NCBI GenBank assembly: GCA_965214255.1
Contig: OZ243948.1
Coordinates: 1,433,885-1,497,884 of the forward strand
Origin: Alphaproteobacteria bacterium
GTDB taxonomy: Bacteria > Pseudomonadota > Alphaproteobacteria > SMXP01
Length of the DNA stretch: 64,000 nt
Direction of reading: 5' to 3'
Made by a program: the position numbers and the translations under genes. Shown piece by piece: positions 48,011-58,750 of the stretch (its first letter is position 1; every line of letters starts with the position of its first letter). A model generated the notes under the pieces. It worked only from the letters and a program-made list of their open reading frames with translations, ran no database searches and was not told the origin of the DNA.

Positions 48011-49613
48011 TTGCATATTGCGGTGTGTTCGACAATAAAAGCGTTTATGACGGACACGAGACCGACGGCGGCGACGGACCGCTTCACCCTTTTGACGGTC
48101 GCCATCGCCGCACTCGGCGCGGGACTCGTGCTGGGACGCGAGTTCACCTTCGGAGTGGTATTATTCTCGGATTCGGCGTCTCATATAGGCGCCGCCCGGA
48201 GTCTGCTGGCCGGGGAAGGACTTCTCAGATGGGACGGCAACCCTTATATTTCGTGGCCTCCTCTCTACCCCCTGCTTCTGGCCGCGGCCAGTTTGGGGAT
48301 ATTCGATCCCATCGCCGTCGCCGGCCCTCTCAACGCCGTCATTTTCGGACTGACTATTTTCATCGTGGGGCGGTATCTGCGGCAACGCCTGGCGTCCCGA
48401 TTCCTGGCGGCATGGGGCTGTCTGGCAACGGCCCTGGCGATCCCGCTGGTGACAATTTCGTCATGGGCGCTCGCCGATACCCTGTTGATCCTGCTGACGA
48501 CCCTGGCGCTCATTCAGACCGACAGGTTCCTGACCGAGGGCAAGACCCGGACGCTGGTCTGGGCGGCGGTGTTCAGCGCCCTGGCCTTGCAGTCCCGGTA
48601 CATCGGGGTTGTCGTGCCGGTTTTTATAGGGCTGCTGCTCCTCTTCCAGCGGGGGGGGGGCCATGGCCCGGAGAGCGGGGCGCGTCGCCGCTTGCTCTCT
48701 GATCGTGGCGGCGCCGACGGTCCTGTGGTTTCTGCGCAATCTCTTGACCGTCGGAGTGATCAAGAGGTACCGCCCGCCCGGCGGCGATCCTCTGATGCTG
48801 CTGCGGGATGTTTTCGACATCCTGTGGAGTTGGGCGCAAATCAATAGTGCTGCGGTGGTCCTGGCGTCGCTCGCCTGTATTTTCGTTGTCGTGCAATGGA
48901 GGCGTTTGACCGTTGCCGACTGGCGGCCTTTCTGGCTGTTCGCGGGTTTCGCGCTGACGTACCTCGTCCTGCTCATCGCGGTCTTATCGTTTCTGACCAA
49001 TGTCAACCCTCATCGTATAGGGGAGAGACAGATGATTCCGGTGTATATTCCACTCCTGATAGCCGTGGTGTTCGTGCTGGACCGTGTTCTCGACCATGAA
49101 CGAGAGAGGAAGCTGTTGGGAAGCGTCGGCGGCCTGCCGATCGTTCGAACGATGATGCCGGGAAAGAAGGGAAGCGCGCTGGCCGCCATTGTCATGATCG
49201 TTCTTTCTCTGGGAGCGGCGAGTCAGATATTTCCGAACGTCTCCGGCATTATCAAAGCAAACCGCGGCGAGATTTTCCTGGGGTTAAGCGGGCCGCGCTG
49301 GGCCGGTTCCGAGACGATGCGATACCTCCGGGAAAACCCCGTTGCGGGGGAAATATTGAGCAATACGCCATATCCTTTGTCGCTTTACCTCGGTAGAAAC
49401 TATAAGTATCCATCCTACCATTATATGCCGAAAGTCTCCCGGGGCGGGCTGGAGCGGCTATTGATCCCGGACGGCGCGTACATAATCTGGTTCTACAGAC
49501 CAACGTGGAACCGGCGTGAATATGTCTATGGCGGATCCGACCTGGAATTAATTCCGGGCCTGCAACCGGTGGCGGAACTGGCGGACGGTATCGTCTTCAG
49601 GGTGGCAAGGTGA
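48011..49613 (+). pseudogene. Polytopic membrane protein (GT-C/ArnT/PMT-like) split into two frames at a G10 homopolymer
   Basis: ORF 48011..48847 (frame 2) and ORF 48663..49613 (frame 0) are both multi-transmembrane. They join in-frame if the G tract at 48651..48660 is G9. Confidence 0.55.
48651..48660. repeat. Poly-G (G10) homopolymer at the frameshift site
   Basis: Sequence is ctcttccagc + gggggggggg + ccatgg. Confidence 0.9.
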
Positions 49614-49789
49614 ACAGACGCGCGGAGGGCGCCCGCGACGACCGGGGCGGTTCATCGTTCCGGGACGGTTGCATACCGGGGCGTGTTCAGCGACAAGGGT
49701 GTTCATGGCGGACGCGAGACTGACGGCAGTGGGATTCGCGCCATCGGCAGGGTGCGGCGCGCGCGTATCGGCGAGCGAGCCGCGCTCGC

Positions 49790-50557
49790 CTATCGCTCTT
49801 CGGAATTTTCCAACCGCTCGCGGATCTGACGATTGATCTCCTCGGCGCCGGGGCGCGTGTCTTTCACCGTCGGATCCACCGCGTTGTAGATTCGACCGAT
49901 GGTGCCGTCGTCTTCAAGCGCTTGAACCACGAGGAGCGCTACATCCGATCTCATTATGGAACCTGCCGGAGAGTTCGTCGGGAGCAACTCTCCCTTGCCC
50001 GTGGGCAGGCCGTCGATCAGACCGCCCGGGCGGATGATGGTGTAATCGAGGCCGCTGGCAATCAAGTGGTCTTCGCCGCGCCGTTTTTCGTACATGACAT
50101 TTCCCATGTAATCCCCCGGATCGGGCTTTTCGGTCGGCGCGTCGTCGACGCCGATGGCGCTCACCTGGATGACGCGTTTGACGCCCGCCGCCAGCGCGGA
50201 CTCGTTGATATTCCTGTTGCCGACATAGTCGGGCCGCGGTTCTCCGGGGCGGCCGCCCAAAGAACTCACCACCGCGGTGAACGAGCCGGACGCAAAGGCA
50301 GCCGCCACGTCGCCGTCGTTCAAGGCGTCACCCACGACATACGAAACGCCAAGCGGCTCCAAACCTTCAAGATTGGATGTGGGCCTGACAAAGACGGTGA
50401 CGTCCCGGCCCTGGCCGCGCAGCAGCTTTACCGTTTCAAGTCCGCAGCCGCTCGTGCCGCCGAATACGAGAATGCGGTCATCCGCCCGCGCCGACGTGAG
50501 CGCGGCGCCGAGACCGAGCGCCAAGCCGAAAATACTCGATATCCACTTTTTCAACAT
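49790..50557 (-). CDS. NAD(P)-binding NmrA-like/atypical SDR protein with signal peptide (paralog of 20467..21255)
   Basis: ATG 50557 has a ggagga RBS. Signal MLKKWISSIFGLALGLGAALTSARA, then ILVFGGTSGCG. Confidence 0.7.
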   Translation of the reverse strand: MLKKWISSIFGLALGLGAALTSARADDRILVFGGTSGCGLETVKLLRGQGRDVTVFVRPTSNLEGLEPLGVSYVVGDALNDGDVAAAFASGSFTAVVSSLGGRPGEPRPDYVGNRNINESALAAGVKRVIQVSAIGVDDAPTEKPDPGDYMGNVMYEKRRGEDHLIASGLDYTIIRPGGLIDGLPTGKGELLPTNSPAGSIMRSDVALLVVQALEDDGTIGRIYNAVDPTVKDTRPGAEEINRQIRERLENSEER

Positions 50558-50660
50558 GATGGGCATCTCCTCCATTTCCGAACGGGCCGTATTGCAGGGG
50601 CCGCGCAGACCGCCGTGACGACTCGCCGTTCGCCGGCCTTCATGTATTTATGTAAAAACG

Positions 50661-51527
50661 TCAGTAGCACAGTGTTTCGCGGCCGGGCGCGCGGCCGTAT
50701 CGTTCGAGTCCGGGCGGCAATACGGGGCGGTGTTGCGGCGTCCATGTGAAGCTTTCGTCGCCCTCGGGAGTTTCCGTTTCCAGCGGGCCGCCTTCGGTAC
50801 GGAACAGCATGAGGTTGCCGGTCTTGGATCCGAAAGGCCCGTGGCGCATGTGGGGCGGGCGCCAAAAATACGCGCCGGGCATCATGATACCCGTATCGCC
50901 CGCCATCTCGCCGGTGAGCAAATACATCTCTTCGACAACGGGATGCACTTCAACGACGCTGTTCCGCCACAGGGGCGGCGCCGAAATGATCCACGTTTGA
51001 TTCCCCGTGTAAGGATCGACACGGAGCACCAGATTTCCGAAGTCCGCGACGCCTTCGCCGAGCGCGCTGTCCGGATCCACGTTGAGCCTGGTTTGATCAT
51101 GCGAAAAGGACGCCGTCAGCACGTCGACGCGCTCGATGAGCAGGTCCGGGTCATATAATCCCGACGGCGCGGGGCCGGCCGCGGAAACGGGCTCGCCGGA
51201 GTAAAACGTCAAAACGACGGCGCCGTCCGGCGATTCCACCTCGGTGCGCGCATAGCCGGCCGGCAGATGGGCGTAACACATTTCACCGTAATCAATGTCA
51301 TTGATCTTCAGAGCGCCGCCCAAAACGAAAAGTTCCTCGTGAACGGGCACGTGTTCGACCGCACGCCTTCGCCAACCGGGCGGATATTTGACGAGCGTGC
51401 TGCCGGCCCCGCTGTCGGCGTCCCGGCTCAGGACTTTTACCTCCGTGTCTTCCAGAAGGCCGCCCCAGGGACTTTTCGTCCAGGGCAAAGCCTGCGATTG
51501 AATGAACTCGATATGAGGCCGCGGCAT
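50661..51527 (-). CDS. Bicupin-like hypothetical protein (paralog 2 of 3)
   Basis: See the bicupin paralog at 41253..42158. Confidence 0.55.
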   Translation of the reverse strand: MPRPHIEFIQSQALPWTKSPWGGLLEDTEVKVLSRDADSGAGSTLVKYPPGWRRRAVEHVPVHEELFVLGGALKINDIDYGEMCYAHLPAGYARTEVESPDGAVVLTFYSGEPVSAAGPAPSGLYDPDLLIERVDVLTASFSHDQTRLNVDPDSALGEGVADFGNLVLRVDPYTGNQTWIISAPPLWRNSVVEVHPVVEEMYLLTGEMAGDTGIMMPGAYFWRPPHMRHGPFGSKTGNLMLFRTEGGPLETETPEGDESFTWTPQHRPVLPPGLERYGRAPGRETLCY

Positions 51528-51604
51528 CGTTTCCTCTCTTGATCGATTCCTGGTCCCCGCCCGAAAGGCAAGACGCGGATTTTAGCACGAGCGCGCGCCC
51601 GCTT

Positions 51605-52984
51605 CTACGGATTCGAGCCCGAGCGGGACAGTTCGAGGCTCGCGTCCCAATCGGCGCGGAACGTTTTGGCCGCCGCGAAATAGTGTACGGCGGACCAGAC
51701 GCCCGCCGCGCTCATGACCGCGAGAAGCGCATAGCGCAACGACTCGTCGCCGTAGTCCGCGGCCAGGACATCGCTCAGAATGCCCACAACCTGCGGACCG
51801 AAGCCGAGACCGATGAGATTGACGATACACAAGGAGACGGCCGTGACGCTCGCGCGCATGCGCACGCTGGCGAGCCCTTGAAGGGACGCGCCGAACGGGC
51901 CCAGGTGAAGCGAATAGAGAATGACCGGAACGGACAATATCAACAGCGCCGCTTCCCGCACCGGATACCACAAGACGAGGGCGGCGAACGGCACGGACGA
52001 CAGGACCGCGGCGCCGGGCAGCCACAAATACCAGCGTCGATCCGACCGACTCAAGTGATCGGACCAACGCCCGCCGACAAGAGTGCCCGCCCCTCCGGCA
52101 AAGCCCACAACCAGGGCAAGCCAAGTGCCGATTTCACCGGTGGTCATACCGTGCGAGCGAACGAGAAACGACGGTATCCAGGCGAGTACGCAGCCGTAAT
52201 TGAGACTGACGAGACAAACGGCGGCCATCAAATGGCGGTAGGACGGGCTGGTGTAAAGATGTCGGACGACGGCTGCGAAAGAGGGAACCGACCGAGCCGC
52301 CGTCAAGCCGTCGGCGAGACCGCGCGTCGGCTCGCGCAATGTGGAATAGACGATGAACGCCAAAAGAAGCCCAGGGACCCCCACCACGAAAAAGGCCGTG
52401 CGCCAACCGAAGAACTCGTTGATCCAGCCGCCCGCCAAAAACCCGATCAGAACGCCCACGGGAATACCCAGCGTATATATGGAAAGCGCCGTCGCGCGCC
52501 TTTCCGGAGGGAAATAGTCCGAGATCAGGGAATAAGCGGGAGGGCTGCCGCCCGCCTCGCCGAAACCCACACCGACGCGCGCGAGCGCCAACTGCGCAAA
52601 ACTCTGGGCAAACCCCGAAAGCGCGGTCATGGCGCTCCAAACCGCGATGGCGATCGAGATGACGTTTTTGCGGTTCCAATGATCGGCTATGCGCGCGATC
52701 GGGATCCCCGCAAGCGCATAAAGAACGGCGAAGGCGATGCCGGTGAGAAAGCCGAGCTGCGTGTCGGAAAGATCGAGCTCCGCCTTGATGGGAGGAAGCA
52801 GAATCGCCAGGATTTGGCGGTCGATGTAATTGACCACCGAAACAACGAACAAAATCGCGATGACATAGCGTCTGTAGCCGTCCGTCACGAGCGGCGAGGG
52901 GTGTCTCGGCATGTTCGGCGCTTCGCTTGTCATAAGGCGCATGACGTCCTCGATCGTGGGTGCAACGGGCGCGTCTGCCGACAA
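51605..52984 (-). CDS. MFS transporter
   Basis: 12 hydrophobic segments and the MFS loop motif (…GIPIARIADHWNRKNV…). Confidence 0.85.
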   Translation of the reverse strand: MSADAPVAPTIEDVMRLMTSEAPNMPRHPSPLVTDGYRRYVIAILFVVSVVNYIDRQILAILLPPIKAELDLSDTQLGFLTGIAFAVLYALAGIPIARIADHWNRKNVISIAIAVWSAMTALSGFAQSFAQLALARVGVGFGEAGGSPPAYSLISDYFPPERRATALSIYTLGIPVGVLIGFLAGGWINEFFGWRTAFFVVGVPGLLLAFIVYSTLREPTRGLADGLTAARSVPSFAAVVRHLYTSPSYRHLMAAVCLVSLNYGCVLAWIPSFLVRSHGMTTGEIGTWLALVVGFAGGAGTLVGGRWSDHLSRSDRRWYLWLPGAAVLSSVPFAALVLWYPVREAALLILSVPVILYSLHLGPFGASLQGLASVRMRASVTAVSLCIVNLIGLGFGPQVVGILSDVLAADYGDESLRYALLAVMSAAGVWSAVHYFAAAKTFRADWDASLELSRSGSNP

Positions 52985-53097
52985 TGGTATAGCAAGATCC
53001 CGCCCTGCACGGGTTTTTAGCGGCGCTTTCCCATTTTCCGAAAGCCGACTAGAATGCGGTCCGGGTCAATGCGGACATGCTGAAAGGAAGGCGATCC

Positions 53098-53937
53098 ATG
53101 GTCGAGGCAAAGCGAATTGCGATCATCGGCAGCGGATCCGCATATACGGGCCGAAAGGAACCGCCTCCCTTGATCGCGGACATCGTCGGCGACGGCATCG
53201 TCGCGGACGTCGTCGAACCGCGGCTTCAAGCGTTTCCTTCCACGCCTTACGACCGCGGCATTGTACAACTGGCATATGTCGACTGCGCCATAGAAGCGGA
53301 AAAGGCGGGCTGCGACGCCCTCTATATCAATACGGTGGGGGACTATGGAATCGACGAAATGCGCTCGGCCGTGGACGTTCCCGTCGTGGGGGCCGGCGAA
53401 GCCACCATGCATCTCGCCGGCACGTTGGGAAGACGTTTTTCCATCGTGACGATCTGGCCCGCACGGATGAATTTCATCTATGACGAGCGGCTGCGCAGTT
53501 GCAACATGTCAACCAAATGCGTATCGGTGCGCAACGTGCTTGCGAACGAGGACGTGCCCGACGCCGAAAGCGCCTTGACCACGACGGAAAAACTGGGCGC
53601 CGGCGACGCGACTCTCGTCGACCGGGTGCTTATGGAAATCGAGCGCGCAAAAAAAGAAGACCGGGCCGACACGATCATGCTGGGATGCACGTGTATGGCC
53701 CCGATCAAGGCCGCGCTTGCCGTGCGCACCGACGCGCCGGTTCTGGACGCGATGACCTGCGGCTACAAAATGACGGAAACGGTGCTCATGCTGGGTCTCG
53801 GCCACAGCAGCATCGCGTTCCCGAAACCGGCCGCCGCAAATATCGCCGCCGTGGACAAACTCGTTTCCGGCGGCGGCATCGCCGATCTCGACGAGGAATG
53901 CGACGTCTGCCTGGTCCCTCGAACGGCCGCCGAATAG
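53098..53937 (+). CDS. Asp/Glu/hydantoin racemase-family protein (arylmalonate decarboxylase/maleate isomerase-like)
   Basis: ATG 53098 follows aaaggaagg. Two catalytic Cys contexts (…NTVGDYG…, …LGCTCMAP…). Confidence 0.7.
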   Translation: MVEAKRIAIIGSGSAYTGRKEPPPLIADIVGDGIVADVVEPRLQAFPSTPYDRGIVQLAYVDCAIEAEKAGCDALYINTVGDYGIDEMRSAVDVPVVGAGEATMHLAGTLGRRFSIVTIWPARMNFIYDERLRSCNMSTKCVSVRNVLANEDVPDAESALTTTEKLGAGDATLVDRVLMEIERAKKEDRADTIMLGCTCMAPIKAALAVRTDAPVLDAMTCGYKMTETVLMLGLGHSSIAFPKPAAANIAAVDKLVSGGGIADLDEECDVCLVPRTAAE

Positions 53938-53951
53938 TCGGCGCGTCCCGC

Positions 53952-55937
53952 TTAGAGCCGGCGGCCCAATTCGAGACCTTCCGTCACGGCAGCCCAAATG
54001 GAGCGCGGCGTCACGCAATCCCCGATCGCTTCGACACCGTCGGGAACCTCCGTTACCGCGGCGCCGGTCGCGAGCACGATGGCGTCGAACGGGCCCAAAT
54101 CTCTTCCGTCGATTGTGCGCGCCATGCCGTTTTCCACCCGATCGACGAGCGTGCTCGTGTGAATCGTCACGCCCGCGTCCGACATGCGTTTGGTGACGCT
54201 CTCGATTTCTACCGTGAATTGAAGATCGGGAAGGCCCAGACTCATGCGGTCTGTGGTGACCGTGACCGAACTCACGTCCGGCATGGCATTGATGGATTCG
54301 ACCGTCGACACCGAGGCCCAGCCGCTTTCCTCATCTATGACCAGGACCTTGCCCGACACCCCGCGGCGGCCGGCCAGAACGTCGCGTCCGTGAGGCAGAG
54401 TCTCCGTACCGGGAATACCGTCGAACAATTGCGGCCGGTTGCGCCAGACGTGAGTGTTTGCGGGTCTGGCCCCCGTCGCCCAAACCACCTTGTCGGCGCC
54501 GAGGGCCGCAGGATCGCTCACGCGCGCGCTCAAATGAACATCGACATTCAGACGTTCGAGTTCGCCTTCCCACCAAGCCAGCGCGGGGCGCATTTCGCCC
54601 CGATGAGGCGCTTCCGCCGCGAGACGGAACGCGCCGCCCAGCCTGGGTTCCGCCTCATAAAGCGAGACGCGGTGTCCGCGGGCGGCCGCGACGCGCGCGG
54701 CTTCCATACCCGCCGGGCCGCCGCCGACAACGGCGATGTCTTTGGGCTTACCTGCGGGCTTGGCGTCGGGCAGTTCGTATTCACGGCCCGCGCGCGGATT
54801 GATGATGCAGCTTGACGGGACCGCGCGAAACGCGAAGCCCAGGCATGCCTGATTACACGACATGCAGGGGCGTATGCGCCGCCGCTCGCCGCGCTCCAGT
54901 TTGGCTGTCCAATCGGGTTCCGCGATGTGAGCCCGCGCCATGGCTACGCAGTCCGCCTGTCCTTTGGCGATGACCTCCTCGGCCTCTTCCGGCGACTTGA
55001 TGCGGCCTGCGACGACGACCGGCACGGACAACTCCCGTTTGAATTTCGCCGCCGCGGGCGCCACATCGGCCCGCGCCCAATGCATGGGCGAAATCATTTT
55101 TTCAAACGTCCAGTTGGTCGCCGTCATGACACTGACGTAGTCGACGAGCCCTTTGTCGGCCAGCAGTTTCATGGACGGGACGGATTCGTCCAGTCCGTAA
55201 CCGTCGGGGTCGTGTTCGAGCAGGTGCTCGGCCGACGTGCGTACGGTGACGGCCGTATCGGAATCCGCCTCTTCCCGCACCGCTTCCAGCACCTCGACCA
55301 GAAACCGGCAACGGTTTTCGAGCGAGCCGCCATATTCGTCCGTGCGGCGATTGAGACGGGGCGACAGGAAAGCGCCCATCAGATAATCCGATGCGGTTTG
55401 CACTTCGATAACGTCAAGACCCGCCCGGGCGCAGCGGCGCGCGGCCATGCGGTACGCCTGCCTGATTTCAGCCAAGTCGTCCTTCGTCATTTCCTTCGGG
55501 ATATCGCCGGTGACGAACGACGGAACCGGCGACGGAGCAAGGGGCACGACTCCGTCAAAATGCGAGACATTGTGCCCGCAATGCCAAAGGATGAGCGAGA
55601 GGCGCGAACCTTCCGCGTGGACCGCTTCAGCCGCCTTGGCCAGCCCGTCGACGCAGTCCTCCTCCCACAATTGCGGCGACATGATCCCCATGACGGACGA
55701 CGGGTGAATCGGCGCCGACCCCATGCCGACGACCGCCGCGCCGCCTCGCGCGCGCTCTCGCAAATAGCCGATATAGCGGTCGCCCACCTTTTTGTCTTCG
55801 GTGCCCAGGTTCATGCTGTGTCCCGGAATGACGACCCGATTTCGAAACGTCAAAGGCCCCATCCGAATGGGCGACAAAAGATTGGGATAGGCGTCGGACG
55901 GCGAAGATTCCGCTACCGTCATATTCGTTTCCTTCAT
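53952..55937 (-). CDS. 2,4-dienoyl-CoA-reductase-like oxidoreductase (OYE-like FMN domain, 4Fe-4S Cys cluster, FAD/NAD(P) domain)
   Basis: Old-Yellow-Enzyme-like N-terminus, a CMSCNQAC iron-sulfur motif, and a C-terminal Rossmann motif (IAVVGGGPAGMEAA). Confidence 0.8.
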   Translation of the reverse strand: MKETNMTVAESSPSDAYPNLLSPIRMGPLTFRNRVVIPGHSMNLGTEDKKVGDRYIGYLRERARGGAAVVGMGSAPIHPSSVMGIMSPQLWEEDCVDGLAKAAEAVHAEGSRLSLILWHCGHNVSHFDGVVPLAPSPVPSFVTGDIPKEMTKDDLAEIRQAYRMAARRCARAGLDVIEVQTASDYLMGAFLSPRLNRRTDEYGGSLENRCRFLVEVLEAVREEADSDTAVTVRTSAEHLLEHDPDGYGLDESVPSMKLLADKGLVDYVSVMTATNWTFEKMISPMHWARADVAPAAAKFKRELSVPVVVAGRIKSPEEAEEVIAKGQADCVAMARAHIAEPDWTAKLERGERRRIRPCMSCNQACLGFAFRAVPSSCIINPRAGREYELPDAKPAGKPKDIAVVGGGPAGMEAARVAAARGHRVSLYEAEPRLGGAFRLAAEAPHRGEMRPALAWWEGELERLNVDVHLSARVSDPAALGADKVVWATGARPANTHVWRNRPQLFDGIPGTETLPHGRDVLAGRRGVSGKVLVIDEESGWASVSTVESINAMPDVSSVTVTTDRMSLGLPDLQFTVEIESVTKRMSDAGVTIHTSTLVDRVENGMARTIDGRDLGPFDAIVLATGAAVTEVPDGVEAIGDCVTPRSIWAAVTEGLELGRRL

Positions 55938-56194
55938 GCAAAAAACGGAGCGGCGACAAGTCGCGGCTCTTCTCGCCCGAAGTCCGACGGGAGTTCCGGG
56001 TCCACATCGAGTGTATACCTGTTTTAGCCTCGTCGATCACTTGTCATCGAACGGCGAGCGGGCGGAAGGGGAATGTCATGAATCGAGATTCGCTTCCGGC
56101 GGCCGTCACCGCCGAAACCCGGGCGGGAACGGCAGGCAAACAAAAGCCCGGCGGAGTCCGACTCCGCCGGGCTTTGTCGACCTCGGATCTTCGC

Positions 56195-58348
56195 CTAATT
56201 CAGCCTTGCCGTAATCCGGCCGCCGAAGCGGAGCGGGTCGGTCGGATAGAAGCGTCCGAACAGGATGGCGTCATATGCTTTTTCATTCGTGCAATTGCTG
56301 CATTCCATCGCAATGCGCCACCGGCCGTCCGCCAACTCGATCCCCGCCTGGGCGTTGGTCAAGACCTTGTTCTGGATGACGTCGTTCGCATTGCCTTGAG
56401 CGGCATAGTAGTCCGCGTGATAGCTCGCGTCGGCGGAGAGGAAGGCGTCAAACAGATCGTTGACCGGACGGCGATAATTGAAGCCCCAGTGCGCCGTCCA
56501 TTGCGGAAACTGCTTGAGATTGGGATTGCCGATCGTAAGCTGCGGACGCAGTTCGGTAAAGCCGCCCTTCTGATAGCCGGCGCTGGCAAACAGGTCGAGA
56601 CCTTCGATCATGCTGACGAAGAGTTCCCCTTCGATGCCGCTGACCCTCGAATCACCGGCGTTGAACTGGCCGAAGACGCTGCCGCCGCCGGCAAGGCCCG
56701 CCTGCGTGGCGGTGGTGACCAGATCCTTGTACGTGGTCCGGAAGCCGGTCAGGTTCAAGCGCACCTGATTGTCGAACCATTCCGACCGCATGCCGGCTTC
56801 ATACGAATTCACGTTTTCCTGACGGAAATCGAAGAAGTCCGAGGCGATGTCGATACGGTTGTTCCAACCCGGCGATTTGTGTCCGTTGGTGTAGGTGACG
56901 TAGAAATTGATATCGTCCGTCGCCTGCCATTGAATGCCGACCTTCGGATCGAATTCCCACGTCTCCAACTCTACGGGCACGCCCATGGCAATGAGGTCGG
57001 CCGTAAGCAGCGGGCCGGTACCGATTTGATAATCGATCTCCGTTTGCTTCTGCTCGTAGGTTACGCGGCCGCCGAATATCAGATTCACGTCGGGAACGAC
57101 CTCGTAGTCCAACTGCGAATAGAAGGCCACACTGTTGATATCCCAGTCGAGCTTGCGGTCAGCGGTATTGACGGGCGGCATGGTGCTATCGACGAATCCA
57201 TTGAAGTCGAGGATGCGCTGGTTGTTGGACTCGTTGATATAGAAGATGCCGCCGACCCAACTCATGTTGCGGTCGACGATCTCGAAATCGGCCGTGCCCT
57301 TGACCTCTTGCGTGAACACGTTCACTTCGGACTCCTGGTCGATCAGGAATCCGCCCTCGGGGAAAAAACCGGCCGCCAGCAGAGCCCCCGGATCATAGAA
57401 TTCACCCAGAAGCTCCATCTTCGTGTGACGATACGAGGTGATCGATTCGACCGCGACGGGGCTGCCGTCCCAACGCGCCGTCAAATTGAACCCGTAATCT
57501 TTGCCCCACGTGCCGAAATCGGGATCTTCCTGGCCCGGAGTCGTGTAACTAAACAGATCCTCGGCTCCGCTTGATGAACCGATCGGGCCAATATTGTCAG
57601 ATTCCGTGAAGTCGAACGACAAATCAAGCGTCAAAGAGTCGCTGGCCAGCAAGCGCCCCTGAAGCATGAGGCCCTGTTTGCCCTTTTGGTGAGACACGGC
57701 TCCCGGCACCGAAATATTCTCCTGATGACCGTCATCGCGCTCGAAGAAACCGGTCGCTTTGAGAAAAAGGTTATCCCGAACCGGCGCGTTGGCGGTGGCA
57801 AACAGATTCACTTCATTTTTGTTGCCGTAGCGAACGCTCATTCTACCGTAGAACTCGTCGCTCGGCTTTTTCGTAAAGACCTTGACCGCGCCGGCCGTCG
57901 CATTGCGGCCGTACAGCGTGCCTTGGGGGCCGCGCAGCACTTCGACGCGCTCAATGTCCAGGAACGAGACATTGTTGTTCAACTGCCGCGGGAAAACGAC
58001 GTCGTCCACATAGGTTTGAATGGGCGGATCGAAGCTCAACAGACTTTCGTCGTTGCCGACGCCGCGCATGAAGTAGGTGATATTGTTGTTTTGACCGACA
58101 TTGCGGTTTCCGATCAGGTTGGGCACCTGGCGGATCAAATCATGGGTGTCGAGGATCATGCGCTGCTGGATCTGTAACTCGCCCAAGGCCGTTACGGCGA
58201 CGGGAACGTCTTGCAAATTCGCCTCGCGCCGTTCCGTCGTCACGGTAATGACGCTTACCTGAGCCGATGCGGACACGGCGGCCAGACAGCCGCCCGCCAA
58301 CAGCATCGCGGCCGCGGAATATTTGAGCTTCGAAGTTTCTTTAATCAT
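56195..58348 (-). CDS. TonB-dependent outer-membrane receptor
   Basis: Signal peptide, TonB-box-like ISVITVT and plug motifs (…VEVLRGPQGTLYGRNATAGAVKV…). The C-terminus ends …ARLN rather than the usual aromatic residue. The start is the internal ATG 58348. Confidence 0.85.
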   Translation of the reverse strand: MIKETSKLKYSAAAMLLAGGCLAAVSASAQVSVITVTTERREANLQDVPVAVTALGELQIQQRMILDTHDLIRQVPNLIGNRNVGQNNNITYFMRGVGNDESLLSFDPPIQTYVDDVVFPRQLNNNVSFLDIERVEVLRGPQGTLYGRNATAGAVKVFTKKPSDEFYGRMSVRYGNKNEVNLFATANAPVRDNLFLKATGFFERDDGHQENISVPGAVSHQKGKQGLMLQGRLLASDSLTLDLSFDFTESDNIGPIGSSSGAEDLFSYTTPGQEDPDFGTWGKDYGFNLTARWDGSPVAVESITSYRHTKMELLGEFYDPGALLAAGFFPEGGFLIDQESEVNVFTQEVKGTADFEIVDRNMSWVGGIFYINESNNQRILDFNGFVDSTMPPVNTADRKLDWDINSVAFYSQLDYEVVPDVNLIFGGRVTYEQKQTEIDYQIGTGPLLTADLIAMGVPVELETWEFDPKVGIQWQATDDINFYVTYTNGHKSPGWNNRIDIASDFFDFRQENVNSYEAGMRSEWFDNQVRLNLTGFRTTYKDLVTTATQAGLAGGGSVFGQFNAGDSRVSGIEGELFVSMIEGLDLFASAGYQKGGFTELRPQLTIGNPNLKQFPQWTAHWGFNYRRPVNDLFDAFLSADASYHADYYAAQGNANDVIQNKVLTNAQAGIELADGRWRIAMECSNCTNEKAYDAILFGRFYPTDPLRFGGRITARLN

Positions 58349-58750
58349 CGGTTCCCCCGATCTTGACGAAAAAACTGGCTGGAACACCCCCGCCCCAACA
58401 GCGGACCTTGGACCCAACCCTCTGTCACGAACAAAACATCACGAGGCATGTCACGACCCCGTGAAAATACTTGAACTTGGAAACTCCCCCTCTTCAGCGG
58501 TCGCCTCCGCACGCGCACGGATTACTAAAAGCCAATCTATTACTTTAAGGTTAAAGAAAGCAATATGCGACGAATTTTGGAGAGAATTCCCAAGTGAGAC
58601 AATTTTGCAACAAATTTGTTATTGAATTGAAGCACAAGAGCGCTCGAAAATAAAGGGGCTCTCGGCAGCCTTGAGGTTTTGCATTCGCCGAAGCGTTGGG
58701 CCATTGTTTGCCGCACGCGTCCGCATCAAAATCCGGGAGTTCATGCAAAC

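Noticed and set aside
56078-57574. 498-aa plus-strand ORF
   Set aside because: It is antisense to the TonB-dependent receptor.
58349-58750. Fur box or cobalamin riboswitch upstream of the TonB-dependent receptor
   Set aside because: There is no convincing GATAATGATAATCATTATC-like 19-mer and no B12-box. Only the 12-bp palindrome is reported.
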